A DNA stretch of 42,854 nt from Macrostomum lignano (GCA_002269645.1 NIVC01004537.1:1-42854); one strand, 5' to 3'; shown: positions 12,634 through 25,928, counted from the stretch's first letter. Notes: a model not told the origin generated them from the sequence alone. Made by a program: numbers and translations.

Positions 12634-15600
12634 TTACGCTTGCTTTCCCAGAGCTGCAGCCAGAAACTGTCTTTCTTGGCGCACGATTCTATCAACAAGC
12701 TGGGTCTCCTCAGTCGTCAGGGTTAGCACCGTTCGGCCTGACTCAGAGTTAATGGCGCTGTACACAGCGCGGAGCAGGCCGCGCGAATCGTATGTAATGT
12801 AGGGGCTTAGCAAGTCGTCTAGGATGCGCACGTCTAGATAAGCCTGTCGGATAGAAGAATAGGGGCGATTTGCAACTCGTGTCAATAATCAAATATAGTT
12901 GGCTGGAGATGGGGTAGCGGCAAGATCAAAGAAAGCTGGCTGGAGATGGGGTAGCGGCAAGATCAAAGAGAGCTGGCTGGAGATGGGTAGCGGCAAGATC
13001 AAAGAGAGTTGGCTGGAGATGGGGTAGCGGCAAGATCAAATAGAGTTGGCTGGAGATGGGGTAGCGGCAAGATCAAATAGAGTTGGCTGGAGATGGGGTA
13101 GCGGCAAGATCAAAGAGAGTTGGCTGGAGATGGGGTAGCGGCAAGATCAGAGAGAGTTTGCTGGAGATGGGGTAGCGGCAAGATCAAAGAAAGCTGGCTG
13201 GAGATGGGGTAGCGGCAAGATCAGAGAGTTGGCTGAAGATGGGGTAGCGGCAAGATCAAAGAGAGCTGGCTGAAGATGGGGTAGCGGCAAGATGAAAGAG
13301 AGCTGGCTGGAGATTGGGTAGCGGCAAGATCAAAGAGAGTTTGCTGGAGATGGGGTAGCGGCAAGATCAAAGAGAGTTGGCTGGAGATTGGGTAGCGGCA
13401 AGATCAAAGAGAGCTGGCTGGAGATGGGGTAGCGGCAAGATCAAAGAAAGCTGGCTGGAGATGGGGTAGCGGCAAGATGAAAGAGAGCTGGCTGAAGATG
13501 GGGTAGCGGCAAGATGAAAGAGAGCTGGCTGGAGATTGGGTAGCGGCAAGATCAAAGAGAGTTTGCTGGAGATGGGGTAGCGGCAAGATCAAAGAGAGTT
13601 GGCTGGAGATTGGGTAGCGGCAAGATCAAAGAGAGCTGGCTGGAGATGGGGTAGCGGCAAGATCAAAGAAAGCTGGCTGGAGATGGGTAGCGGCAAGATC
13701 AAAGAGAGTTTGCTGGAGATGGGGTAGCGGCAAGATCAAAGAGAGCTGGCTGGAGATTGGGTAGCGGCAAGATCAAAGAGAGCTGGCTGGAGATGGGGTA
13801 GCGGCAAGATCAAAGAAAGCTGGCTGGAGATGGGGTAGCGGCAAGATCAAAGAGAGTTTGCTGGAGATGGGGTAGCGGCAAGATCAAAGAGAGCTGGCTG
13901 GAGATGGGGTAGCGGCAAGATCAATTAGAGTTGGCTCGTGATGGGGTAGCGGCAAGATCAATTAGAGTTGGCTGGAGATGGGGTAGCGGCAAGATCAATT
14001 AGAGTTGGCTGGAGATGGGTAGCGTCAAGATCAAATAGAGTTGGCTGGAGATGGGGTAGCGGCAAGATCAAATAGAGTTGGCTGGAGATGGGGTAGCGGC
14101 AAGATCAAAGAGAGTTGGCTGGAGATGGGGTAGCGGCAAGATCAAAGAGAGTTGGCTGGAGATGGGGTAGCGGCAAGATCAAATAGAGTTGGCTGGAGAT
14201 GGGGTAGCGGCAAGATCAAAGAGAGTTGGCTGGAGATGGGGTAGCGGCAAGATCAGAGAGTTGGCTGAAGATGGGGTAGCGGCAAGATCAAAGAGAGCTG
14301 GCTGAAGATGGGGTAGCGGCAAGATGAAAGAGAGCTGGCTGGAGATGGGGTAGCGGCAAGATCAAAGAGAGTTGGCTGGAGATGGGGTAGCGGCAAGATC
14401 AAACATTAAGGGTGAAATGAAAACAGCCGAAAAAGATTCTATTAATTAAAATCTAAAATCACCTGCAGCCGGCCATTGCGACACCAGGCAGTCACGGAGG
14501 TGAAGCACCTGTGCAGCTCTTGAACTAGCAGACCCACCACCTGCTTCAGCACGTCCTCAGCGTAAGCCCGACCGCCAACAAGCACGGATTGCTGCTGCAG
14601 TTGCTGCTGCTTTTGGCTCTCATCGGTGGTCGCAGTTAAAAAGCCGCCGCTGATCTCCGCCAGCACCTCGCCAACGGAGTGCAGCGCGTCGCGCACGTAC
14701 AGACGAGGCGCTGCGGGTGGCGCGCACCTTGCCCAGGTGAAACCGGCGCGTAGCATTTTTGCTTCTAGGGGACCGTAGATTGCCCGGGCTTTCTCTTCGA
14801 CGTAAGCGGCTTTGAGCTCGTCTAGGAAGGCGTCGTAGTAAGCGTTCACCACTGCGGCCATCGACTCCAGGCCTGGCGGGGTGGAAATGGCGACACGGCG
14901 AGGGTGAAAATGGCGGTATGGCGAGAGTGAAAATGGCGACACGGCGAGGGTGGAAATGGCGGTATGGCGAGAGTGAAAATGGCGACACGGCGAGGGTAGA
15001 AATAGCGACAGTTGAAATGGCGACACGGCGAGGGTAGAAATAGCGACAGTTGAAATGGCGACACGGCGAGGGTAGAAATAGCGACAGTTGAAATGGCGAC
15101 ACGGCGAAGGTGGAAATAGCACACATAAACAAAGAGCTTTACCCTCGTGACCCTCCGCCCGCAGCGAAGCTAGAATCCTCCTATTGGGATGCCGATAAGC
15201 GAAGCTGGCGTCGCACTGCACAGCCAGCAGGCGGCTGCACTGCTGAGTGGTCGGCTGCTGCTGCAATGGCTGCTGCGAAGAGCCGGTAGTCAACGAGGCG
15301 ACGCCGGAGACGGAAGCCGACGAGGCAACCGAAGGCGAGGCGGCTACGGCGCGGAGCTGCTTGCGTAGCCGGTCGCAAAAGCTGCACATCAGGGTTGACA
15401 CGGCGGCGCGGATATGCGGGCCCCAGCGAACTCGGGTGACCTGGGAATGCAGGTTGAGTCAAGCTGGATTAAAGATGATCTGCTAGCACAGGAGTTGGCA
15501 AACTCCGGCCCGTGGGCTCAATGCGGCCAGCCAAGCCTCTCTATATGGCCCGCTCTGTTGCTCAAGGTTTATGTCTCTTCGCGGCTCACTTTCACTTCTC

Positions 15601-15757
15601 TTCTCTCTTCTCTTTCTCCTCTTATCTCTCTTCTCTCATCTCGTCAATCATCTTTTACTACTACTAATAATGCTACTACTAATGGTACTACTACTACTAC
15701 TACCACTGCTACTACCACTACTATTGCTACCACTAATAATAATGCTACTACTAATGG

Positions 15758-15788
<31 letters not shown>

Positions 15789-15816
15789 GCTACTACCACT
15801 ACTGCTACTACTACTG

Positions 15817-15848
<32 letters not shown>

Positions 15849-15906
15849 GCTACTACTACTGCTACTACTACTACTACTACTAATACTACTACTGCTACTA
15901 CTACTG

Positions 15907-15941
<35 letters not shown>

Positions 15942-17492
15942 GCTACTACCACTACTGCTACTACTCACCTCGAACGGCAGCTCAATTTCGTTAGCCGAGT
16001 GCAGGCATTCGGCCAGCAGAGTTAGAAAATCGTTCACTAATTTTTCGTACACCAACGGCAGCTGACTGTGCGACCCGTCCGCCGTGGCCGAAGCAGCCGA
16101 CGCTCCGGACGGCACCGGCCAGTCGTCCGAGCCACGCAAGCCGGCCACCTCGGCCGCGTATTGGCGCTTTAGCCGACTCAAATAGCGCAACCTGAGCCGG
16201 GAGGTCAGCCTAGCCAGCTGCTTGGCCGCCTCAGGACCGACCAGTTGCGGCGACACCCCGGCCAGATTCTGCCGCATCGCCCGACACTCAGCGCCGGCGT
16301 CGTCGATTTTAGTTGACTGCTGCTGCTGTTGCTTATCCTCGTCATTGTCGGCGCCGGCGTCTCCGTAATCATCGATCTCGTCTATATTGCTAATCTCTTC
16401 ATCGTCATAATCGTCTTCAGTGGCAGCAGAAGAAGCAGAATCTTCGCCAGCTAACCGGAGCCGGCTTCGCTGCAGATTAACCCAGCTAATCGCCAGGTCA
16501 CCAAGCGGATCTGTGCCGCTGCCGATGCCGCCGATGCCAGCCTGCTGCAGTTCGCCAATCAGCCTGGCATAGTGGCGAAGAAACTCGCCAAGCGGACGGC
16601 GTCGCCACCAGCCGGCCAAGTAGCGCTGCCTCAGGTAGGCTAAACTATCCTCAGCGGCTTTGGCTGCGCCGAGTCTCTGCAGCTGCCTGACTAAATAGGC
16701 GTGCTGATCCACTGGCAGGGGGCCGTCCGACTGAGCAGCGGACGCTGAGCCGTGACTGCTGCTATCATCGTCAAGCTGCTGCTGCTGCTGCTGCTGAGGC
16801 GTCGGCGGCATCAGCCGGTTGAGCAGCTGTCTGCGCAGCACCGTTGCTCGCGATTCTACCTGCGGTACGATTTTGAGTTTAACATCATTTCGATACATAT
16901 CGGTAAGTAGTACATTATTTTTACAGCTAACTACTGCTCAAAGCAATTCTGCCCATTCCGTTGACTCCTAAGCACATACAAGCGCATGAATGAACGAGCT
17001 GAAGCAATACAGAGTTAAGTGCCTTGCACAACGACACCATTTGTTCCAGTGGGATCGGGAAACGAACCCTCGACCTTCAAGACGCGAGTCCGACGCTCTA
17101 ACCACTAGGCTACAACCCCTAATAAACTGACTAACAAACAAGCTGACTAAGTAACCAACTACGAGCGTAACTAACTAACTAATTAACTAATCAACCAACA
17201 AACTAACTAACTAACTGAGTAACTAGCTATCTAACTAACTAACTAGCTAACTAACTAACTAGCTAACCAACCAACCAACTAGCTAACTAACTAACTAACT
17301 GACTAACTAACTAACCAACTAACTAACTAGCTAACTAACTGAGTAACTAGCTATCTAACTAACTAACTAACTAACTAACTAACTGAGTAACTAGCTATCT
17401 AACTAACTGACTAACTAACTAAATAACTAACTAACTAACTAAATAACTAGCTAACTAACTAACTAGCTAACTAACTAACTAGCTAACCAACC

Positions 17493-17528
<36 letters not shown>

Positions 17529-17529
17529 G

Positions 17530-17564
<35 letters not shown>

Positions 17565-20500
17565 GACTAACTAACTAACTAACTAACTGACTGACTAACT
17601 AACTAACTGACTGACTGACTAACTAACTAACTAGCTAACTAACTGAGTAACTAGCTATCTAACTAACTAACTGACTAACTAACTAACTAACCAACTAACT
17701 AACTAACTAGCTAACTAACTGAGTAACTAACTAACTAACCAACTAACTAACTAACTAGCTAACTAACTGAGTAACTAGCTATCTAACTAACTAACTAACT
17801 ACCTACCTACCTAACTAACCAGCTAACAAGGCAAATCGCAAGACACAGAAAAAACAAACCTGCTCCCAAACTCGCAGAAAAGTCGGCACCCGAGTTGAGC
17901 CGTAGCGCGCCTTGCCGCGCAGGTATTCGTCAATAGCCAGCTTGTGATTGCCAGCTCGCATGTGGGCATCCAGCACGCCAGGCAGGTTGAACAGGCCCCT
18001 GGATTTCTCCATCACGTGAATCGCATTCCTCAGGGTGTCGGTGTGATCTTTGCGATTCAGAGCCGCTTGGAACAGTTCCCCAGCGATCCGATTGCAGTCG
18101 CGCAGCAGCCGCTGCGTGTCCAGACAGTGCGACTGCAGCTGGCTTTGCTCTTGCTCGGCTACGCGGCGAAGGCTGTCGAGCTCGTCCAGGCCCTGGACAG
18201 CACAGTGGAGGATAGTCATTGGATGATAGTCATTGGATGGTAGTCATTGGATGGTAGTCATTGGAGGATAGTCATTGGAGGATAGTCATTGGAGGATAGT
18301 CATTGGAGGATAGTCATTGGAGGATAGTCATTGGAGGATAGTCATTGGAGGATAGTCATTGGATGGTAGTCATTGGATGGTAGTCATTGGAGGATAGTCA
18401 TTGGAGGATAGAGAACATTTATCAATAGCATCTGAATAATCAAGAGCCAGGTTTTTAAGGTCAAATATATCGGTTGGGAACATACGGAGAATCGTAGAGA
18501 GACGGTGGGGATCCGGAGAGGGACAGGTGGAGATCCGAAAAGAGACAGGTGGGGATCCGGAGAGAGACAGGTGGGGATCCGGAGAGGGACAGGTGGGGAT
18601 CCGAAAAGGGACATGTGGAGATCCGAAAAGGGACAGGTGGGGATTCGGAGAAGGACAGGTGGGGATCCGGAGAGGGACAGGTGGGGATCCGGAGAGGGAC
18701 AGGTGGGGATCCGGAGAGGGACAGGTGGGGATCCGGAGAGAGACAGGTGGGGATCCGGAGAAGGACAGGTGGGGATCTGGAGACAGACAGGTGGGGATCC
18801 GGAGAAGGACAGGTGGGGATCCGGAGAGGGACAGGTGGGGATCCGGAAGAAACAGTCTTTGAGCGTGTTTGGGGAAGAAACAGGTGAGATTAGGAAAGGA
18901 ACACGAACAGGAATCCTAGAATGGGGACCTGTTAAGTCGTTAAAAGGTGGCATAAAAAGGTAAATAAACTGTGAACTTGAAATCACCTTAAACACATCGT
19001 TGAGATGCGGCTTCAGAAATCCCACAGCTTGGGCGGGATCGGCACTAACGCTGGTCCGCAGGCTGCGCACCTCCCGATCCAGATCTGGCGCCGATTTGCC
19101 CTGATAATTAGCCAGCAGGAATTTCACCGGATCGAAATCGGCGCTGAGTAGGTCGGCGCTCGGGTCGCCGGCGGCTGAGACAGACGATGAAGCGGAGCCA
19201 GCGACTGCGGCGGCAGACTCGGATGCTGAGCGATCGCGGCGGGGATCAACCACTGAACCGGCGCTTGTGCTCGATGGCTTTAGCTCCTGAGTCTGGGAGA
19301 GTTAGGGGGGGGGGAGGTGGGATTGACTTGGCAGAATGAAGATCCAGAGTCAAGGATGCAGATTCAGTGACTCAGGGATGCAGATTCAGTATCTCAGGGA
19401 TGCAGATTCAGTATCTCAGGAATGCAGATTCAGTATCTCAGGGATGCAGATTCAGTATCTCAAGGATGCAGATTCAGTATCTCAAGGTTGCAGATTCAGT
19501 ATCTCAGGGTTGCAGATTCAGTATCTCAGGGATGCAGATTCAGTATCTCAAGGTTGCAGATTCAGTATCTCAGGGATGCAGATTCAGTATCTCAGGAATG
19601 CAGATTCAGTATCTCAGGGATGCAGATTCAGTATCTCAAGGATGCAGATTCAGTGACTCAAGGATGCAGATTCAGTGACTCAGGTATGCACATTCAGTGA
19701 CTCAGGGATGCAGATTCAGTGACTCAAGGATGCAGATTCAGTGACTCAGGTATGCAGATTCAGTATCTCAGGGATGCAGATTCAGTATCTCAGGGATGCA
19801 GATTCAGTATCTCAGGGATGCAGATTCAGTATCTCAAGGTTGCTGATTCAGTATCTCAGGGATGCAGATTCAGTATCTCAGGGATGCAGATTCAGTATCT
19901 CAGGGATGCAGATTCAGTGTCTCAGGGATGCAGATTCAGTATCTCAGGGATGCAGATTCAGTATCTCAGGGATGCAGATTCAGTATCTCAGGGATGCAGA
20001 TTCAGTATCTCAGGGATGCAGATTCAGTATCTCAGGGATGCAGATTCAGTATCTCAGGGATGCAGATTCAGTGTCTCAGGGATGCAGATTCAGTATCTCA
20101 GGGATGCAGATTCAGTATCTCAGGGATGCAGATTCAGTATCTCAGGGATGCAGATTCAGTATCTCAAGGTTGCTGATTCAGTATCTCAGGGATGCAGATT
20201 CAGTATCTCAGGGATGCAGATTCAGTATCTCAGGGATGCAGATTCAGTATCTCAGGGATGCAGATTCAGTGTCTCAGGGATGCAGATTCAGTATCTCAGG
20301 GATGCAGATTCAGTATCTCAGGGATGCAGATTCAGTATCTCAGGGATGCAGATTCAGTGTCTCAGGGATGCAGATTCAGTATCTCAGGGATGCAGATTCA
20401 GTGACTCAGGTATGCAGATTCAGTGACTCAGGGATGCAGATTCAGTGTCTCAGGGATGCAGATTCAGTATCTCAGGAATGCAGATTCAGTATCTCAGGGA

Positions 20501-21373
20501 TGCAGATTCAGTATCTCAAGGATGCAGATTCAGTATCTCAAGGTTGCAGATTCAGTATCTCAGGGTTGCAGATTCAGTATCTCAGGGATGCAGGTTCAGT
20601 GACTCAGGGATGCAGGTTCAGTGACTCAGGGATGCAGATTCAGTGACTCAGGGATGCAAATTCAGTGACTCAAGGATGCAGATTCAGTGACTCAGGGATG
20701 CAAATTCAGTGACTCAGGGATGCAGATTCAGTATCTCAGGGTTGCAGGTTCAGTGACTCAGGGATGCAAATTCAGTGACTCAAGGATGCAGATTCAGTGA
20801 CTTTGCAGTGTCTTTAAAACACGTATTTAGTGTCTCGAAGCCAAATTTCGGCAAATTTCTCGGGATTCAGAAACAAAAATTTAGTAACTCAATAATCAAG
20901 AGACAGGTATTCAAAGTCATCTATATACATGTATAGTGAATTTAAAATATTAATAACGCGGATCTACTACCTGAAGAACCGAAGCACATGTTTACAATGA
21001 AAAAACTTGAATCAAATCACCTACTAACCTCAAACAGACTCTTGTCGGTCTCGGGCCAAACAGACCATTCGTCGCACAAACCCACACTGAGCGCTTCAAC
21101 AGTGAACTCAACCAGGCAGTTACACTTGACTCTCTCGCCCTTCTCATTACCTAGAACTAGTACAATGGCACCAGGGCCAAGTCTAGTCTGACCAGATATG
21201 GCCACAATTTTCTTTGAACTTTTCCATTCGGCCCACAGTGTACAGTCGAAGCCGCAGATGTACAGTGCCACGATGCTATCTTGCGAGCTGCCTAAATAAG
21301 TTCCACGAATTGTCACGGCAGTGCCTGGTGGGCCACTGCGCGGTGAAATACCATTGATATCTGGCGATGACAT
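12634..21373 (-). CDS. EXOC2: Exocyst complex component 2 (Sec5), 7 coding exons, 930 aa
   Basis: Exons 21373-21029, 19292-18987 (alternative acceptor 19286), 18192-17860, 16859-15969, 15440-15143, 14872-14463, 12843-12634. All GT-AG, phases consistent, total 2793 nt. N-terminal IPT/TIG domain (PDINGISPRSGPPGTAVTIRGTYLG...CTLWAEWKSSKKI) and Sec5 motifs (LFQAALNRKDHTDTLRNA..FNLP; AYVEEKA..LEA..AGFTW; NGRLQAYLDV) match EXOC2 as recalled. Confidence 0.96.
12897..14402. repeat. 37-bp minisatellite, ~40 copies, EXOC2 intron 6
   Basis: TTGGCTGGAGATGGGGTAGCGGCAAGATCAAAGAGAG; period 37. Confidence 0.99.
14878..15120. repeat. Composite minisatellite (two 23-bp variants, then 38-bp units), EXOC2 intron 5
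   Basis: GTG(G/A)AAATGGCG at 14881, 14904, 14927; 38-bp period at 15001/15039. Confidence 0.95.
15655..15966. repeat. (TAC)n microsatellite, EXOC2 intron 4
   Basis: Direct reading. Confidence 0.99.
16950..17119 (-). mobile_element. tRNA-derived SINE in EXOC2 intron 3
   Basis: Minus strand GGGGTTGTAGCCTAGTGGTTAGAGCG...GGGTTCGTTTCCCGATCCC with A and B boxes and a truncated T-stem, followed by a SINE-like body (GCAAGGCACTTAAC). Confidence 0.7.
17125..17820. repeat. (TAAC)n microsatellite with variants, EXOC2 intron 3
   Basis: Direct reading. Confidence 0.99.
18207..18410. repeat. 14-bp minisatellite GATAGTCATTGGAG, EXOC2 intron 2
   Basis: Period 14. Confidence 0.98.
18505..18848. repeat. 22-bp minisatellite GGGGATCCGGAGAGGGACAGGT, EXOC2 intron 2
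   Basis: Period 22, ~15 copies. Confidence 0.98.
19345..20802. repeat. 22-bp minisatellite GATGCAGATTCAGTATCTCAGG, ~66 copies, EXOC2 intron 1
   Basis: Period 22. Confidence 0.99.
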
Positions 21374-21493
21374 GAAAATTAGCACCAAATCAATCATCAT
21401 TATTCGAGTTTTATAGGCTCGTGCACTGTTAATTATTGCCTAGTTGCTAATAAAACAAGTTTAAAAATCCTATACAACAGGCATGAAAAGAGC

Positions 21494-23500
21494 AAATAAA
21501 AATCTTTTAGCACTGATCAGTTTGTAAATTATTTTGTAGGATCTATCAAATAAAAATCTTTTAGCACTGATCAGTTTGTAAATAATATTGTAGGATCTAT
21601 CAAATAAAAAGCTTTTAGCACTGATCAGTTTGTAAATAATATTGTAGGATCTATCAAATAAAAAGCTTTTAGCACTGATCAGTTTGTAAATAATTTTGTA
21701 GGATCTATCAAATAAAAAGCTTTTAGCACTGATCAGTTTGTAAATAATTTTGTAGGATCTATCAAATAAAAAGCTTTTAGCACTGATCAGTTTGTAAATA
21801 ATTTTGTAGGATCTATCAAATAAAAAGCTTTTAGCACTGATCAGTTTGTAAATTATTTTGTAGGATCTATCAAATAAAAATCTTTTAGCACTGATCAGTT
21901 TGTAAATAATATTGTAGGATCTATCAAATAAAAATCTTTTAGCACTGATCAGTTTGTAAATTATTTTGTAGGATCTATCAAATAAAAATCTTTTAGCACT
22001 GATCAGTTTGTAAATAATATTGTAGGATCTATCAAATAAAAAGCTTTTAGCACTGATCAGTTTGTAAATAATATTGTAGGATCTATCAAATAAAAAGCTT
22101 TTAGCACTGATCAGTTTGTAAATAATTTTGTAGGATCTATCAAATAAAAAGCTTTTAGCACTGATCAGTTTGTAAATAATTTTGTAGGATCTATCAAATA
22201 AAAAGCTTTTAGCACTGATCAGTTTGTAAATAATTTTGTAGGATCTATCAAATAAAAAGCTTTTAGCACTGATCAGTTTGTAAATTATTTTGTAGGATCT
22301 ATCAAATAAAAATCTTTTAGCACTGATCAGTTTGTAAATAATATTGTAGGATCTATCAAATAAAAATCTTTTAGCACTGATCAGTTTGTAAATAATATTG
22401 TAGGATCTATCAAATAAAAAGCTTTTAGCACTGATCAGTTTGTAAATAATATTGTAGGATCTATCAAATAAAAAGCTTTTAGCACTGATCAGTTTGTAAA
22501 TAATTTTGTAGGATCTATCAAATAAAAAGCTTTTAGCACTGATCAGTTTGTAAATAATTTTGTAGGATCTATCAAATAAAAATCTTTTAGCACTGATCAG
22601 TTTGTAAATAATTTTGTAGGATCTATCAAATAAAAATCTTTTAGCACTGATCAGTTTGTAAATAATTTTGTAGGATCTATCAAATAAAAAGCTTTTAGCA
22701 CTGATCAGTTTGTAAATAATTTTGTAGGATCTATCAAATAAAAAGCTTTTAGCACTGATCAGTTTGTAAATAATTTTGTAGGATCTATCAAATAAAAATC
22801 TTTTAGCACTGATCAATTTGTAAATAATTTTGTAGGATCTATCAAATAAAAAGCTTTTAGCACTGATCAGTTTGTAAATAATATTGTAGGATCTATCAAA
22901 TAAAAAGCTTTTAGCACTGATCAGTTTGTAAATAATTTTGTAGGATCTATCAAATAAAAATCTTTTAGCACTGATCAGTTTGTAAATAATTTTGTAGGAT
23001 CTATCAAATAAAAATCTTTTAGCACTGATCAGTTTGTAAATAATATTGTAGGATCTATCAAATAAAAGCTTTTAGCACTGATCAATTTGTAAATAATTTT
23101 GTAGGATCTATCAAATAAAAATCTTTTAGCACTGATCAGTTTGTAAATAATTTTGTAGGATCTATCAAATAAAAAGCTTTTAGCACTGATCAGTTTGTAA
23201 ATAATTTTGTAGGATCTATCAAATAAAAAGCTTTTAGCACTGATCAGTTTGTAAATTATTTTGTAGGATCTATCAAATAAAAATCTTTTAGCACTGATCA
23301 GTTTGTAAGTAATTTTGTAGGATCTATCAAATAAAAAGCTTTTAGCACTGATCAGTTTGTAAATAATTTTGTAGGATCTATCAAATAAAAAGCTTTTAGC
23401 ACTGATCAGTTTGTAAATAATTTTGTAGGATCTATCAAATAAAAAGCTTTTAGCACTGATCAGTTGGTAAATAATTTTGTAGGATCTATCAAATAAAAGC
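21494..23500. repeat. 54-bp minisatellite, ~37 copies, upstream of the EXOC2 ATG
   Basis: CAAATAAAAAGCTTTTAGCACTGATCAGTTTGTAAATAATTTTGTAGGATCTAT; period 54. Confidence 0.99.
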
Positions 23501-23544
23501 TAGGCAAGGCATAGACCAAAAAAGTTCAGATATTGCAATGAAAG

Positions 23545-23615
23545 CAGGCCATAGTCTAGTGGTCTAGTGCAGCACTCTGATGTGCCAGCGGCCCAGGCTC
23601 GATTCCAAGTGCAGG
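23545..23615 (+). mobile_element. Degenerate tRNA-derived SINE head
   Basis: TAGTCTAGTGG (A-box-like) and GGCTCGATTCC (B-box-like). Confidence 0.4.
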
Positions 23616-24218
23616 TACACTAATTTGGGGCTAAATTAGAATCTCAGTTAGGCTCTGCGCATGCAATTGATGCCTTTGAAGGCCAACCCCCAAGGCACAG
23701 TGAAGTGTACATGCCTAACGATAAATATAAAGTTAGGGCCGCTGTACACTCCTGTGTGAGTGTGTGCCTGTGCATTAGTACATATCTGCATACTTGTGTG
23801 CCTGCTCAGGAAAGTTGGTAGAATATGAAGCAATGCCTCTTGTCAGTTGTGTGAGAATGCCACTTAAGTGTAGCAAGGTGCACTCAGCCAACCTACATCT
23901 AATAATTCTAATAAAGATTGTTATGCCTTTAATTATGGACCTATTCAATACTAGCAGCAAAGCTACTTATGCTTCTAAGTATAATATGATAATAAAAGTA
24001 CAAATAGCTAGTATTATAAATAGGCTATATAAGTGTCTGCCAACTAGAAGTGCTGTCATGCAAAGAGGACCAGAGGTCTGCTGAACTGGCTGAAGTCCCA
24101 TGGTGGACTTGTGCATGTTTTCTCGGACGAGAAGCTGTACACCATCGATGCTGTTATCAGTAGGCAAAATTATTGTTGTATCATATCTGGGCCAATGTCT
24201 GAGATCTCAAGCAATGTT

Positions 24219-24582
24219 TGGGTGATTAAATTTGGGTTGCAGCAGAGGTACCCAAGAGGTGACTATGTGTTTTAGCAAGATCCCAGTCCAGCTCATACTG
24301 CGAGGACAATGCAGGCATTTTTGGTGGACCAACTTCAACAATTTCTGGGATAAAGACATCTGGCCTCCCTCATTGCCTGATTTGAACTCCTTAGACTTCT
24401 ATTTCTAGGCGTGTGTGGATAAGGAGGCTTGCTGAGTTCAACATAGGAGCACAGCAGATCTGTGTGCTGCCATCTACAAGGCATGGGAAAAAATCCCAAA
24501 CCAAGAGGTTGCCAGGGCTATGCAGACTTTTTGGAAGTGCCTTGAGAGAGTTGTGGAAGCTGGCGGAGGATTTATAGAATAA
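24219..24582 (+). pseudogene. Tc1/mariner DD37D (maT-type) transposase C-terminal relic
   Basis: Translates as YVF*QDPSPAHTA..(+1 frameshift)..WDKDIWPPSLPDLNSLDFYF*...AWEKIP...LERVVEAGGGFIE*. 37 residues separate the second and third catalytic Asp; three internal stops. Confidence 0.88.
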
Positions 24583-24824
24583 CGCTTTAGTATATATGAT
24601 AGACTAAAATTAGAGTACATTTTAATGTAATTGTGAGAATTCATTTGGTCACTGTGCATCAAAATATATTTTTTTTTATAAAAATGTTTTTTTATAAAAA
24701 AGGCCTAATGTTTAAATGTGCGCAGCCAGTATATATTAGATTCCCTATTAATATATTGCACATTTTAATGTGGAATTCACTGCAGGATTCAATGCAGAAT
24801 TTTCCACATTAAACTAACCAAAGC

Positions 24825-24988
24825 CAGTGGCGCAGCCAGGGAGGGGGGCAGGGGGGCTTGGGTCCCCCCAAATTTCAAAGAATAAATTGCCCCCCCCTTG
24901 AAATTCTTAAGAAAAAAACCTACCCTCTATACCCCCTCATCTGGGTACTGAATGCCCCCTCCCAAAAAATTTTCTGGCTATACCACTG
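24825..24988. mobile_element. hAT-like MITE
   Basis: Termini CAGTGGCGCAGCCAG / CTGGCTATACCACTG (12/15 complementary); flanks ACCAAAGC / ATCAAACC (6/8). Confidence 0.7.
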
Positions 24989-25223
24989 ATCAAACCATTA
25001 ATGTATATAATCTAAACAAATTTAACCCAATTATTTTTTTACTTTCCCAATTGATATACTAAGGCCTAACCATTTTCAATGCAAGATTCAATGCAAGATT
25101 TCCTGCACTAAACTCAACTTGAGTTCTTAAGCCTATCCAATAGGGATTTCCCACAAAAAACTCAACTTGAGTTCCTAAAATGATTCAATGCGGAATTTGA
25201 TGTATTTTTTTTACCACTTGGAA

Positions 25224-25520
25224 CATACATGCGCAACAGTCGGCCGAGTCGGCCGATCCGGCCGACTGATTTGGCAGCCAACCAAGGAAGTCGCAAAAAT
25301 GCCCACCCAAAAAATACCCACGCAGTAGTACTAAGTAGCTGACGAGGCATTTTTGCCTGATAAGACAGTCATAGTTACTCCCGCCGTTTACCCAAAGTTG
25401 CGTTAATTTTGCTTTAGGGTTTTTTTACATGTAAGTCGCATTTTTGGCCAAAAACTACGTCGCATTTTTGTTAAAACTAAGTCGCACGGCCGACCGAATT
25501 TTGGACGTTGCGCATGTATG
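25224..25520. mobile_element. Young 297-bp MITE, perfect 14-bp TIR, 8-bp TSD (hAT/P-type)
   Basis: CATACATGCGCAAC ... GTTGCGCATGTATG, flanked on both sides by ACTTGGAA. Confidence 0.93.
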
Positions 25521-25928
25521 ACTTGGAACCAAAGTCACACACCAATATACATCTATTTCCTAGTAAATTTTTCATTCAGTCTTGATAATAGAATACAAAA
25601 ATAAAGGTCAAATATGAGCATCAACCAGAAAGATATTAACATTTAAATTTCATAGCTAGCAGAAGCAGGCTATCCTATGATAAGGATGCCAAAAACTATC
25701 AATTTTGTAGAACTACAAGTAGTTTACCAGTTTAAAACCTAGTTTTCCAACTTTTGCTGCTAAACTACTCAAAAAGGTCATTTAGCATTATATATGGTAA
25801 TTATATGCCCAACCTTAGAATTTCACCTGTCCAGTGCAACTTAGTTTCGTCCAGATTTGTGACTTAGTTCCCTCGATTGCAACTTATCAAGTTTACAACA
25901 ATAACATGTAATGTGCATAGGCCTAACA

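Noticed and set aside
15414-16065. Poly-Thr, poly-Leu, poly-Val and poly-Ser ORFs
   Set aside because: (TAC)n microsatellite; the real exon ends at the GTGAGT donor at 15968.
17051-17119. tRNA-Ala(CGC) gene on the minus strand
   Set aside because: T-stem lacks ~3 nt, the anticodon stem is mismatched, and it continues into a SINE-like body.
19336-20646. Repetitive MQIQYLRDAD ORFs
   Set aside because: 22-bp repeat on the antisense strand of EXOC2 intron 1.
21470-22816. 448-aa repeat protein gene
   Set aside because: Open only because the unit is 54 bp; non-ATG start, frame broken by an indel near 23060, not in frame with EXOC2.
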